Shown: positions 1-11,449 of the stretch, in pieces
Layout of the letters: each line of letters starts with the position of its first letter
How positions within the stretch are numbered: position 1 is the stretch's first letter
Assembly (NCBI RefSeq): GCF_009914755.1
Contig: NC_060942.1
Length of the DNA: 64,000 nt
Direction: 5' to 3' (one strand)
From: the human T2T-CHM13v2.0 reference genome, Homo sapiens
Notes under the pieces: generated by a model
Told to the model about the DNA's origin: nothing
The model's input: only the letters and a program-made list of their open reading frames with translations
Database searches by the model: none
Translations under genes and position numbers: made by a program

Positions 1-666
1 TCAATTTAAAATAGCCAGGGCCAGATCTCAGAGCTAGAAAAGGTCAAAGAGGTATTTTATCTGAGCTCCCTTCCAATGCAGCATTCAGAGCTTGACTTCC
101 TTGGCAGGTGGTTAGATGTGGGCCTTGAAGAGACAGCCCAGACTCCTAAACACAGGGTGATCAGCACTGTTAGTGACATGATCTCACTTCCAGATGGCTA
201 GTTCCCATCTAGCATGATACCCAAATTCTCCTATGATATTGGACACGTTATTTTTATTTTAACTAGCAGAGTATGACTTCAGTGTTCCCTGCCAGATTCG
301 TGCAATCATCCTGGTGTCCCATGTAATGCAGCAAAATGGTGTCAAGTTCATGAAAGCGTAATGAAATGGTAGCTGTAAAGCTAGCCTATATTGGAGTTGC
401 CACCAGGTCCACAGTCTCTGACATGTTTAATATCTGAGCCCTTTGCAATCTTCCTCTGTGAGGAGATGCTGGAGAAGCTCAGGCCTCTTTCTCTTCGCTG
501 GTAATTTCAGTTCTCTCTAGATGAGAATAGCTTAAAGTCTCTAGATTCCAATTGGTTAAAACTCAAATTTTAAGAACAATGCAAAAAGGGGAAACATACC
601 TGAAAAAAATCACTTTGTCACTCTTAAAATTATTTTCTTTCCCTCCCAATGTCTGTTTTGTCACAG

Positions 667-709
667 CAGAAAATAATTTACCGCAAAGAAGTAGAGGGAA
701 GACCAGAAG
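667..709 (+). CDS. KATNAL2: KATNAL2 internal coding exon ((A)ENNLPQRSRGKTR(R))
   Basis: Polypyrimidine tract with cacag| acceptor and AG|gtaaag donor. 43 bp; joins in frame to the exon at 4506. Peptide matches the KATNAL2 linker as I recall it. Confidence 0.9.
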
Positions 710-2149
710 GTAAAGTGAATGGTAATTCTTCTTAATCGACTCGGCTCGAGGAGCTTGTGGAATCCCTTTCCAGAAGCTTTACCATCACAGCTCTGTGACT
801 GTCTCCCAGCAATACTGACTGCAGTCATGTGACCTGGCCCAGCCCAGGACTTCTCTCATTACAGCTGCCCCAGATTTGGGCCAATGTCCGTCTACTCTCC
901 TGGTTTTACTGTAAATAAGTATATCCTGTGATGCTCTGTCTTTCCAGGCCATGTGGTATGAAAAGTCTTAACCTCAAAGGTTAAAAGACCCAGGTTCAAC
1001 TCCTGGCTCTGCTATTTACAAGCATGGAGCAAGTTTTGGACACATAGTGAGTTCCTGGCACACAGTGAGCACCCAAGATATAATATTTTCCCTCTTTTCA
1101 TCATTTAGTTAATTTCAAGCACTCCCAGATCAGATGTCCTGACCTGTCTGAAGATCAACAATGAGCCAGGAGGTGTGAGCTCAGGCTTCTGGCTTCGCCA
1201 GTCCTGACCAGTGGGGACCCATTCTTCTCTTGCTTTTCCCTCCTGTTCACAGCTCATCTTGCATTCCTTTCTCCAGCTTCTCAAGTCCAAATCTCATTTG
1301 GGGCTTGTAGCCTCTGATGGGAGCCCCTCTGTCTCTGGACCTTTTTGGGTGCACATATTCTCTCACAAGGCCCCCTACTCTTGCCAGTGTCCTTCGCATT
1401 CCTCTCGCCCCACTCCCATAGACCCCTCCACTGTCAGAGCTGTTCAGAAATACCCAGGGGAACAAGGGTGCTGCTGCCGGCTGCCAGTGAGGGCCAGCTC
1501 TGGGGCATCGCAACCTGTGGGCTGTTGCTATTACAGTAGGGCCTAAACCTCATGGAAAGACACAGCCATCCAAGCAGTCAACAAAGTGTTTAAAGTCTTA
1601 AAATGCTCTTGGAAAAAGAAAAGTTAGATTGTAATCACATGCAACTTATTAGGCCCTCAAGAGGTATGGATTCTGTTATGCCTCCGCTACATTTCCCACC
1701 CCTGCGACTCCAGTTCCCTTGTTCCAGCCTCAGAAGGAAGGGCCTAGGACACTTTACAGGGCTGGTGGGCACAGCTTGCAAAAATGGCTGTGGAGCCCAC
1801 GCACGCTCCACGATCCTACTTGTTATAATACTTGGCCTCGGGCTACCTTTGCTTTGTGCTATTCTGCAGGAAGAGTTTTATCGCTTTGACAAAAGTGTTA
1901 TTCTTTTATTTATAGTTTCCACAAAGTTAGTCAGACTCTGGGTAATAAATGATAACTGCTTGTGCATAGAAATCATGAGGAGCGTTTGCAGCCAGCTTCG
2001 GAAGGCTTTTGGATTCTATTTTTCTGGAACCTTCTCAGCATTCTTCCCTGGCAAATGCTCTGTGAGTGAATGGTGTCAGAGTGCTTTGTTCCCCTTAGGC
2101 AAGGAGCACCGTGGCACATTTGACAGTGTGGGGGCTCCTCAGCTCCTCT

Positions 2150-2960
2150 CTGAGTAGATGTTTGTATGTGGCAAGTGTAAAAGTTGAATAGCAAATGGTT
2201 AGAATCAGGAGGAATAACTAGGAAAGTAATGAATGGTGTTTCTGCGGACAATTTATACTCAAATATAGTTACTAAAATGAGACATGTCATGAGACTGGCT
2301 ATTAGCAAATCAAAGTGTCTTTTCCTAATCTTGGAAAAGATTTATAATCCCCACTTAAAGATTTGCTGATGAACCAAGGGAGGAAAGGTTATCTAATGTG
2401 ATGGATGACAGAAATGGGATCCCAAAAGATCTTGGCAATTCCAGAGATGGGTTCAAAGTAACAAGACGAAATTTAATAAAATAAGGTTTAAGCTCTAACA
2501 AGAGTTACAACAAATAGCTCCTCCATTACAAAATCAGAGACCTGGAAATCTCAGTTTACCTGGGCCAACAGTGTGACATGAGTGCTACTGTGGTCCCAGC
2601 CCCATCAATAGAAATACAGTGTCCAAAAAATAGGAGGTCACACTATTCTGGAAGGTGACCAGTATGAGGAACAATCTGGGAACCAGGTAACTTTAGAAAT
2701 GACTAGAGCAACTGCAGATGTTGAGCTTGAACAGATGGCTGGTGGAGGGGCACTCCTTAGAACATTGCAGGAACAGGCTTCAGTTCACCCTCTAAAGGGC
2801 GATTGGGCCTTTTCTGCCAAATTCCACAGGGTGCACCTAGGACTAATGGTTAAAGTCAAAGCAGAGTGAATTTGGTTCCATGTTCAGAAGAATTTTACCA
2901 TCCTCAGAACCAATTTAAAATAAATTGCATTGCTTTGTACATTAGTGCTCTTGTATTTTG
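2150..2960 (+). mobile_element. Highly degraded CR1/L3 LINE fragment
   Basis: gatcccaaaagatcttggcaa...tcaaagtaacaagacgaaatttaat resembles the CR1 RT 3' region; boundaries approximate. Confidence 0.5.
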
Positions 2961-3075
2961 GTCTTGTTAAAGCAGATCTTGGGGATCAGTTGCATCCAAT
3001 GGGAAATCAAAGTGGGAATATAGAATCCCTGTTTCCTGCCAGCTCCACAAGGATGGTGAGGCAAGTTTAAATACA

Positions 3076-3128
3076 GACACACACACACACAAACACATAA
3101 ACACACACACACACTTCCACACACACAT
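3076..3128. repeat. Interrupted (CA)n microsatellite
   Basis: Read directly from the sequence. Confidence 0.9.
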
Positions 3129-4043
3129 ATATAACTTCTCTTGAGTCAACACTATTAATATAAGTTTGCATTTGTAAAATGCTTGGTTTTCATTTCATAG
3201 ATATTTTATTTTTGTGCCAGCAAAAGGGTAGAGAAAGACATTCTTATTCCTAGTTTAAAGATAGAAAAAAAAAACCCCAAGAACTGTTAGTGTCCACTTC
3301 TCATGACGCTCTCCCCAGTGAGACCAACACTCACAGATGTGTCACCATGTGGACATTGGTGGTGTTATCGACATGTGTGGTCTTGCTGGCCAAATAGTTG
3401 TGCATTTATATTAGACATGAACATTTATTATCCCCATAAAGAAAGGAAGTTGAAATAGCAGCTCTCTGAGATCACTCTGAACATGGGGAGACTTGCTTCT
3501 AACGAACCTTCTGCAAATGCATCTCACATATGGGGACAAAAGTGCTAAGAGAACTAAGCAACAATGTGGGAGTTCATGTTCTGCCCCCACAAGCTAGTCC
3601 TGTCTCTCTCTGGATGGCATCTTCTACAGAAAAATATGGATATTCCAATACTGAATTTTATATCTAATTATGAGGATGTAGTGAAAAAAGTGATTTGATC
3701 TTTCTATGGATATATAACATATATACAGTCATACCACATATATAACTATGTATACAGTAAATGTATATACTCTTGTAACCACAGTTACAGCCACCGGCAA
3801 GCTACCTTTGCCCCTTCTCAGTCAAATTCTCCCCATCTCCATCAGAGTTAGCTACTCTTCTGACTTCCAGCCCCATCAGTTTGTTTTGTCTGAAGTAAAC
3901 AATTGTTGATGAAAATTTGTTTGGCAAATATGATTGGTCTGGGACAACATTGATGAAGGGAAGTTTGTTTTCCTTCTGCAATCCCCTTTTGATGTTTATT
4001 ACTCATAACATGCTGAGAGGTATTTTAAGTAGGCAGGGTATAT

Positions 4044-4146
4044 CCAGGACACTGGATTAAAACCATGGGGCCAATCCCTGGATTTCCTACTGTTTCTTAG
4101 TTTGAATGGGAGGACTCCTTTCTCTCTCACACCTTTCTCCTGGTCT
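4044..4146 (+). repeat. Copy 1 of a diverged ~100-bp local direct repeat (copy 2 at 4764..4865)
   Basis: Manual alignment: ccag.acactgga.taaaaccatgg...atccct.gatttccta.tgtttctta..ttga.tgggaggact...cctggtct. Confidence 0.9.
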
Positions 4147-4505
4147 AATGCTCCTTTTAAGGAAGGTGGAAGGAACAATGGAAGAATGCTTGTAAAGTAA
4201 TGTATTCTTAAGAACTAAAGCTATTTGCAGAAGGGCCGAAGCTATGTGGTGTGAAAGGGAAATGAAGAGGGTGAGTTGGGGGGCTCGAGGAGGCAATCTT
4301 AGAAGAACCCAGTGAGTAGCCTGGAGGGTGTTAGGGCCAGGATGGACCTGGTGGGTGGATCACATAGGTGGAAGGGCCCTATAGTTGCCACCTGCATATC
4401 TTTCAATAGCTTTCTTAAATGTGCTATTCTTAAGAATAGTTGTTTAACTACCTCAAATTAAGTGGCTAGAATAATTTCTTCCAAGGTCTTTGTTCCCTCC
4501 CTTAG

Positions 4506-4623
4506 GATGATGAACGACAGTTGTCAAAATCTTCCCAAGATCAATCAGCAGAGGCCCCGGTCCAAAACCACAGCGGGGAAGACAGGGGACACCAAATCGC
4601 TCAATAAGGAGCATCCTAATCAG
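4506..4623 (+). CDS. KATNAL2: KATNAL2 coding exon ([20 protein letters not shown]...EHPNQ)
   Basis: cccttag| acceptor, CAG|gtcagg donor, 118 bp; lies in ORF 4462..4668. Confidence 0.93.
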
Positions 4624-4763
4624 GTCAGGATGGCTTGGCTTGACTTTGTGAACAGCACACTTGGCTGAAAAATAGCCCTATGAAAAAGGTCACATTTATT
4701 TATTTTTTGAGGACCTACGCTTTTAAAATTGCTGTGTGATCTAATTGAATTTTAGGTTTTCTT

Positions 4764-4865
4764 CCAGTACACTGGACTAAAACCATGGACATATCCCTAG
4801 ATTTCCTAATGTTTCTTAACTTGAGTGGGAGGACTTTTTTCTCCTCCAAGTTTTTCCCCTGGTCT
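4764..4865 (+). repeat. Copy 2 of the diverged ~100-bp local direct repeat
   Basis: Aligns to 4044..4146 at an offset of 720 bp. Confidence 0.9.
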
Positions 4866-5826
4866 GGGTGCTGGGTGATTGGCCAGGGTGGGGCCAGGGC
4901 CCAGTCAGAGCGGGAAGGCCTGGTTGCCTTGATCCTCCCATCTGAGGTAACTATTACCTGAGGTAACTGAGCTAACCAAGATGGCAGGTCTTCCCATCCC
5001 AGAGCACATTGCTAGGTTCCTAAGTGTAGGCCAGGCATAGCCTACACTACATTTCAGGTATGGCTGGGTCTCAAGGTCTCCTGTTGGGCTCCTCCAAATC
5101 GCACATGGTCAGCCCTCACCCCAGACCTTCATGCTGGACTTCCTGGGGGCCAAGAAGGGCAGCAAGGAGAGAATCCAGCAGGTGAGAGAAGTCAATGGCT
5201 CCTGACTCAGGAGGCTCATGTCCAGAACCTTCTTAGTTAGGACTAAACATCCCAGGTTTCAAAGGAAAGAGGACCAATGGAAACTGAGAAAAGGAATTAA
5301 AAAAATTAATGTCAAATAACGGAAAGGTATAATCACAATATCCGATTGGTCAAAAGGATTCTCTCCCCCTCAAGGAGGTCCTACGGTTCTGGCCGCTGCA
5401 GCCTGACTCATGTGGAAGAGAGGTGAAGGTGGGGCAGGATGAGTCCCATGGGAGGCTAGTTGACTCTGCCATATCTCCAAACTCAGCCACTCCTGGCCAA
5501 AAACACCCCTGATCACAGGAGAAAAGACGAGCCAGCGAATGGGGATGGGTTGAGGCACAACTGTTTGAAGCACATTGGAAAAGCTGCTTGGGGCCCATGG
5601 GGCCTGGCATCTTCTCAGTCTTCCAGGGACAACTCTTTCCACATAGTGCAGGCAGACAGCTACTTCATCTTCCTGGGTCTGCACAAATGTGGCTAAGCTA
5701 CATGTGCATGTCGCGTTCACAGAATTGCTATCCAGCATCGGACTTTGCTTGATGGAGTAGGCAGGTACATCCAGCAACTCTCCATGGCTGCTCACAGCCG
5801 ATGTGTCCTTGTCTCTCTTTCTTCAG

Positions 5827-5925
5827 GAGGTAGTTGATAACACTCGCCTGGAAAGTGCCAACTTCGGCCTACATATATCAAGAATCCGTAAAGACAGTGG
5901 AGAGGAAAATGCCCACCCACGAAGA
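5827..5925 (+). CDS. KATNAL2: KATNAL2 coding exon ([33 protein letters not shown])
   Basis: tttcttcag| acceptor, AGA|gtaagt donor, 99 bp, phase 0-0. Confidence 0.94.
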
Positions 5926-6267
5926 GTAAGTGAAACTCATGAACCTAACACTGAAAGTGGTAATTTCTTTTTCCTTTTAAACATGAAAACAAAAAACATT
6001 ATTTTTGTCAAACAGGAAAGTTAAGATGTGATTTTTGAAGGTTGGCTGTGAGGTAAATGGAGAAGAGCGTCAGAAAATGGGTTCTTCTTTGGAATCTCCT
6101 TTCTGAATGAATGGGCTGGCATGAACTGCCCCATCTCTAAGGAACTCAGTTTCCACATTTGTAAATTGAGGGGCTTGGAAGAGATTGTCTCTAGTGTTCC
6201 CATCAGCTTAAAAATTCTGTAATAACAATGACAAACATTGGCATGATCATCCTGCATCGTTCTCATC

Positions 6268-6541
6268 ATTTTTTTTTTTTTTTTAAGAGACAGGGTCTTG
6301 CTCTGTCACCCAGGCTGGAGTATAATGGTGCAATCATGGCTCACTGCAGCCTCAAACTCCTGGGCTCAAAGAATCCTCTTGCCTCAGCTTCCCAAGTAGC
6401 TAGGACTACAGGCATGCACCACAACATCCAGCTAATTTTTTTCATTTTTCTAGAGATGGGGTCTCACTATGTTGCCCAGGCTGGTTTCAAACTTCTAGCC
6501 TCAAGCAATCCTCCTGTCTGGGCTTCCCAAAGCGCTAGGAC
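6268..6541 (-). mobile_element. Alu (J-like), 5' end incomplete
   Basis: poly-T followed by gagacagggtcttgctctgtcacccaggctggag. Confidence 0.92.
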
Positions 6542-7444
6542 ATCTGCGTTATTTAGTGAGTTGGAAACGCATACTCATTCTGCTCTGTCCTGTCAGTGGC
6601 ATTTGATTAGTGGTGTCACCTTTCTCCTTGGAGGGATGGCTCCTGGTCTAAATGTAATTTCATGTGGACCATGAAACATCAGTTGATACAGGGTTGATTT
6701 TGTCCTTGATAGATATTTTTACCTTTTTCATAATGAATCTCATGTCTAGATTTCTAAATAATAATGTCTTAAGCAGAAAAGACCCAGATTGGGTGGATGT
6801 AGTCAAAAGGTAGATTAAAACATGTAATTTGGAAATGAATTGCACCATATTGCTCTTGGTCATACTCTCCAAGGTTGTAGTTCTTTAAGCTTCTTCTTTC
6901 TTCAGCCAAGTGCTCAAACCTCTGGAGTGCTGACTTAGTTCTGGCCAGCTCTTAGAAAAACTGAACTCTGTGTGTGTGAATTTGGAGGGGTGACTGGAGC
7001 ATATCCCTGAAAATCAAGAGCAGTGACCTCACTGGCCTGAACTGACTCCCTTTAAGGGCCTCACTTACATGGTAATTGCTGAAGATGATGCCATGGGAAT
7101 CAACACCTCCCTTGGAAAAATGTCTCCTTGTTCACCTTCACTGCTTCTATTGTGTTTTCAGTCACCTTTGCCTAGCTTTTTTGTGGCATAAGTTTCTCTT
7201 GTGAATGCCTCACATTGAAATGAATGGATGTTTTTGATTGGGTCACAAGGAAGGGACCATTTAACCCAGCACTTAACCTTTGAAATAGTCTGACTATAAA
7301 TCCTCTTACCAGCAGAAATGTCCTCAAAGGCACAATGTAGATGGCTTTCTCCCTAGCATTTCATATGTCCATAGGTTGTATGAGGGTATATGGCCTGGGG
7401 CCAATCTCAGAAAACCCCAGGTCTGTCATTTCTATGTTAGTACC

Positions 7445-7846
7445 TGTGTTTGTCTGTTTTGCATTGCTATAAAGGAATACCTGAGGCTGAGTAGTTTATA
7501 AAGAAAAGAGATTTATTTGACTCATAGTTCTATATGGCACTGGGATCTGCTCAGCTTCTGGTGAGGCCTCAGGAAGCTTTTACTCATGGCGGAAGGCAAG
7601 GGGACCTGGCATGTCACATGGCAAGAGAGGGAACAAGAAGGGAGGGAGATGACCTGCTCTTATAAACAACCAGGTCCCTCGTGAACTAATAGAGTGAGAA
7701 CTCACTCATTACAGTGGTGAGAGCACCAAGCCTTTCATGAGAGTTCCTCCCCAATGACCCAAACACCTCCCACCAGGCCCACCTCCAACACTGGGGATCA
7801 CATTTCAATATGAGATTTGGAGGGGGCACACATCCTTACTACATCA
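7445..7846 (-). mobile_element. MaLR solo LTR (MSTA/MSTB-like)
   Basis: ttgcattgctataaaggaatacctgaggctg...cccacctccaacactggggatcacatttcaa; TG...CA termini. Confidence 0.85.
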
Positions 7847-7879
7847 GAATCCAAGCTTTAGGACACCCTCCCTGCAAAT

Positions 7880-8360
7880 TTAGTAGGTATGTTGTTCTTG
7901 AGGGCATAGGCTTCAGAGTCAGCCTGTCTAGATTCAAAACCTGGCTCAGATGCTCCCCCACTATGTAACTTTGGGCAAGTTGGTTAAGTTGTTTTATAAT
8001 TTCTCCAAGCCTCATTTCTCTCATCTGTAAAGTGGAAATAATCATAGCGTCCCCTTTAAGTCTCATGATGAAAGGAGAGCCTTGGTGCAGTGCTAGCACA
8101 TAGTAAACACTCCATAAATGTTAACTATTATTATTATTTTTTTTTTTGGTGCATCCTTGCTTTTTCCTTCCTACCTCTAGGGGGGACAGGGTGATATTGG
8201 AAGGATCATGGGTTGGGAGAGAGATTAAGTGGGTTTAAATCCTGGCCTTAAGCCATTTATTAGCTGTGTGGCCCTGGGCAAATTACTTAACCTCTCTGGA
8301 CTTACTCCCACATCTATGAAGCCAGGATGTCACTCCTGACTAACAGAAGTGTTATAAGAA
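7880..8360 (+). mobile_element. Two MIR fragments
   Basis: MIR core motifs (ttgggcaagt...cctcatttctctcatctgtaaagtgg; tgtggccctgggcaaattacttaacctctctg). Confidence 0.75.
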
Positions 8361-8369
8361 TTAGAAGTA

Positions 8370-8667
8370 GGCTGGGTATGCTGGTTCGCACCTGTAATCC
8401 CAGCCCTTTGGGAGGCTAAGGTGGGAGTATAACTCGAGCTCAGGAGTTGGGAGACCAGCCTGGGCAACATAAAGAGACCCCACTTCTGCAAAAAAAATTT
8501 TTTTAATTAGCCAAAAGTAGTGGCGCACATATGTAGTCCCAGCTCTTTGGGAGGCTGAAGTGGGAGGATCCCTTGAGCCCAGAAGTTTAAGGCTGCGGTG
8601 AGCTATGATTACGCCACTGCATAACAGAGTGAGATCCTGCCTGTCTCTTAAAGGAAAAAAAAAAAAG
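8370..8667 (+). mobile_element. Alu (J-like)
   Basis: Dimeric Alu with A tail; diverged target-site duplication (TSD) agaattagaagta / aggattagaaata. Confidence 0.93.
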
Positions 8668-9243
8668 GATTAGAAATAATCCTCACAGGATATGGAGAAA
8701 AGGGAACTCATACATTGTTGGTGGAAATTAAATTAATTACACTTATACCCAATAAATTTATACAAATTATATACAAAAATAACAAAAAAGAAATAGTTCT
8801 CACAAAGAACCTTTCACACTTATTTTGTACCCAGCACTCTATTGAGTGGTGAACGTGTATCACAATCCATAGACAGGAACTCTCATTACCATTGTGCCAA
8901 TGAGTTCTTTCTGCATGTGTAATATTTTAAGAGGATAAGACCATACAGGGGAAGTCAACATATAAGGGAGGAAGCAGATGGTCTGTGTCAGGAACTGAGA
9001 AATACTCATGAATTTTTATTCAAATCCACTTCATTCTGGAAAATGTACTTACAATTTTTTAAGGTGCTCCAACTTGAGGAAATCATCACGTTTAATACTA
9101 GTGCTGGTTCTTTTTAAAGCTTAACTTGAAGTTTGCCCTATATACCAGGGTCTATAAATGTGTCTTGGTTTAATGAAACTGAGTTATTAAGAAGAGTCTT
9201 CTCTTATGTTCTCATGGCATAAATAACCATTCCTCCCTTTCAG

Positions 9244-9342
9244 GGCCAAATCATTGACTTCCAAGGGCTGCTCACAGATGCCATCAAGGGAGCAACCAGT
9301 GAACTTGCCTTGAACACCTTCGACCATAATCCAGACCCCTCA
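9244..9342 (+). CDS. KATNAL2: KATNAL2 coding exon ([33 protein letters not shown])
   Basis: ccctttcag| acceptor, TCA|gtaagt donor, 99 bp, phase 0-0, open frame. Confidence 0.94.
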
Positions 9343-9555
9343 GTAAGTGGCGAAGATGTGACATTCATCTTTCAAATTGCCAACATCCAGATGAACTCTG
9401 GAAATATAATTTTGAGTACAGTGAAACCTTGAGATCAAGTTAAAGGCCATAGCCACCTGCCATCGTTTGTTTCACCAAGACCTGTGCATGCCCGGGGTTT
9501 CTTCCTAAATTATGAAGCAATATTGTAATGTGAGCCTTTCCGCTCCTCTCATCAG

Positions 9556-9633
9556 GAACGACTGCTGAAACCTCTGAGTGCATTTATTGGCATGAACAGT
9601 GAGATGCGAGAATTGGCAGCCGTGGTGAGCCGG
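9556..9633 (+). CDS. KATNAL2: KATNAL2 coding exon ([26 protein letters not shown])
   Basis: ctctcatcag| acceptor, CGG|gtaaga donor, 78 bp, phase 0-0. Confidence 0.94.
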
Positions 9634-10369
9634 GTAAGATCTGATATTCAATTCACAAATTTATGGAGGCAGGCTGGGGCTTCTGGAGCTTTGTGGGCTG
9701 CTTCTTTTATTAATAACAATAAATATGATCATTTATTTATAAAGTGCCCCCACTTGCGCAGGCACTCATATTGTTTAGAGGCACAATAATGCATGATAAA
9801 TAAATTATAGAGTCATAAAATTACAATATACAAACCCCACCATCTCATGATAGAGGCCAAGAAAACCAAGAGAGAAAAAGACTTAGGAATGAAGGGACAG
9901 GTGAAAGGTTTTATAGCAGAGCCAAGAGTCAAGGAAAGAAAGCCTCTTAAAGAAGAAAAGAGTATGTCTGCATCTGGTTTAAAAAGTCAGAGCCTAGAAA
10001 TAGAGACGTCGGGAGTCTGATGATATCATCATTGAAAATCTCCATGAAAAACACAATTAGCAGGAAAGACTACCATCCAGACTACGGACTTTTCCAGCTT
10101 GCACTGTGGAACCAGAAGGCAGTGAAGAACAGGCTTTGGAATTAGCTGACCTGCCTTTGATTTCTAGATCCTTCTCTTGCTAGCTGTGTGACTTTGGGCA
10201 AGTTCCTGGGAAATAAAATAGATTCCTGAGTTATAGGGTATTTTTCTAATTTCTATTGCTTCATATTTAATTGAAGACTGAAACCTAGGCAGGCTCAGAG
10301 GGGGGTTTAAAATGATCCCCAAAATTCACAGCTCCTCTGAGAAGCTAAGGGCTCCTGAGCTGTCTCTGT

Positions 10370-10930
10370 TCAGCTCAGCAGTTGTTTCCTGTATGCCTCT
10401 TGTGTGTCAGGTGTGTGCTGTGGGCTGGAGACACAAATGTGAACGAGTCAGAGCATAGTCCTTGCCCTCAAGAGTTTCTCATCCCAGGGACAAAGTGCAC
10501 TTTAAGAGCATGAAGGAGGGAGGGGTGGGGAAAGTGTTAGGAAAGAAGACAGGAAATCGCTAAGGGAAAAAGTGGAAGAGGGAGGCTAGGAGCTGTTCTG
10601 GGCATAGGCACTTCCATGAGAAATTGCAGTTTGTGCACATGTCCTGTGGGCCACCTAAGAAGCAGGGAGTGGTGGGGAACGGGTGGAGAGAGGCAGGGTT
10701 CCTGAGGAAGGGTGCTGTGAGCAGTACCCAGGGCTGAGAACACACCTATAGAAGAGGGGACCTTAGAAAGGCGCCCGTCGGAGGATGGGATCATCCCATG
10801 TGCTTGTGGATGGCTTGTTCTATGACAGTGAGATGAATGAATAGCAAAGAAAAGGAGATGGGGAGACCATCTATAAGGTTTTTACCAGTGAGAGGGGATG
10901 AGGGACTGAGCCAGGCTGCAGTAACCCCAA
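10370..10930 (-). mobile_element. L2 fragment
   Basis: tgtgtcaggtgtgtgctg...catagtccttgccctcaagag is typical of the antisense L2 3' end; boundaries approximate. Confidence 0.55.
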
Positions 10931-11449
10931 ATTAATAGTCTCATTACCATTTTTGCAAAAGGGTAACATGACTATGAGGATAGAACTATAGAGTGGAAAT
11001 GGCCTGAGATGATTCCATCTGGAATCCTTTCTATAGTAGCATAGGAGGTAGAAACCCTGCTCCTGCTTGAATGCTTACAGTGACGGAGAGCTCACCACCT
11101 CATGAGGTAGTCCTGTTGAGTTCTGACTGTTAACTTTGGATTGATACAAGGAGAAACTGTCAGTTGGGAAATTAAACATTACCTTGTGGAACTCAACTCT
11201 AGAAGAGGTCAAGAAATACTGCTGTTATCTATGGATGCTTTTAATACCTAGGTAAATGAATCTTCCTTGTGTGCCGAGATTTCACTAAGAAAGGACGGTA
11301 ATAAGAATGTGAGTGGCTGGTGGGCCTGCATGTAGATCCAGGCTCTATAGACAGAATAAGGAAGACTGAGTCCTTTCTCTACCCTTCAATCCAAGAATGG
11401 ATTGTAAATATCATGCATGACCAAAGTACTTTTATAAATACTTTCTCTA

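Noticed and set aside
1603-2157. Longest ORF in the track (184 aa, +) with a hydrophobic stretch
   Set aside because: It lies within a KATNAL2 intron and I recognise no domain, promoter or splice context. One ORF of this length in 64 kb can arise by chance. PhyloCSF or Ribo-seq would be needed to revive it.
5350-5795. Overlapping antisense ORFs (141 and 86 aa) as a possible processed pseudogene
   Set aside because: No recognisable protein similarity, poly(A) tail or TSD.
10517-10531. G-run cluster as a possible G-quadruplex
   Set aside because: Only three runs of three or more G, inside an L2 relic; too common to single out.
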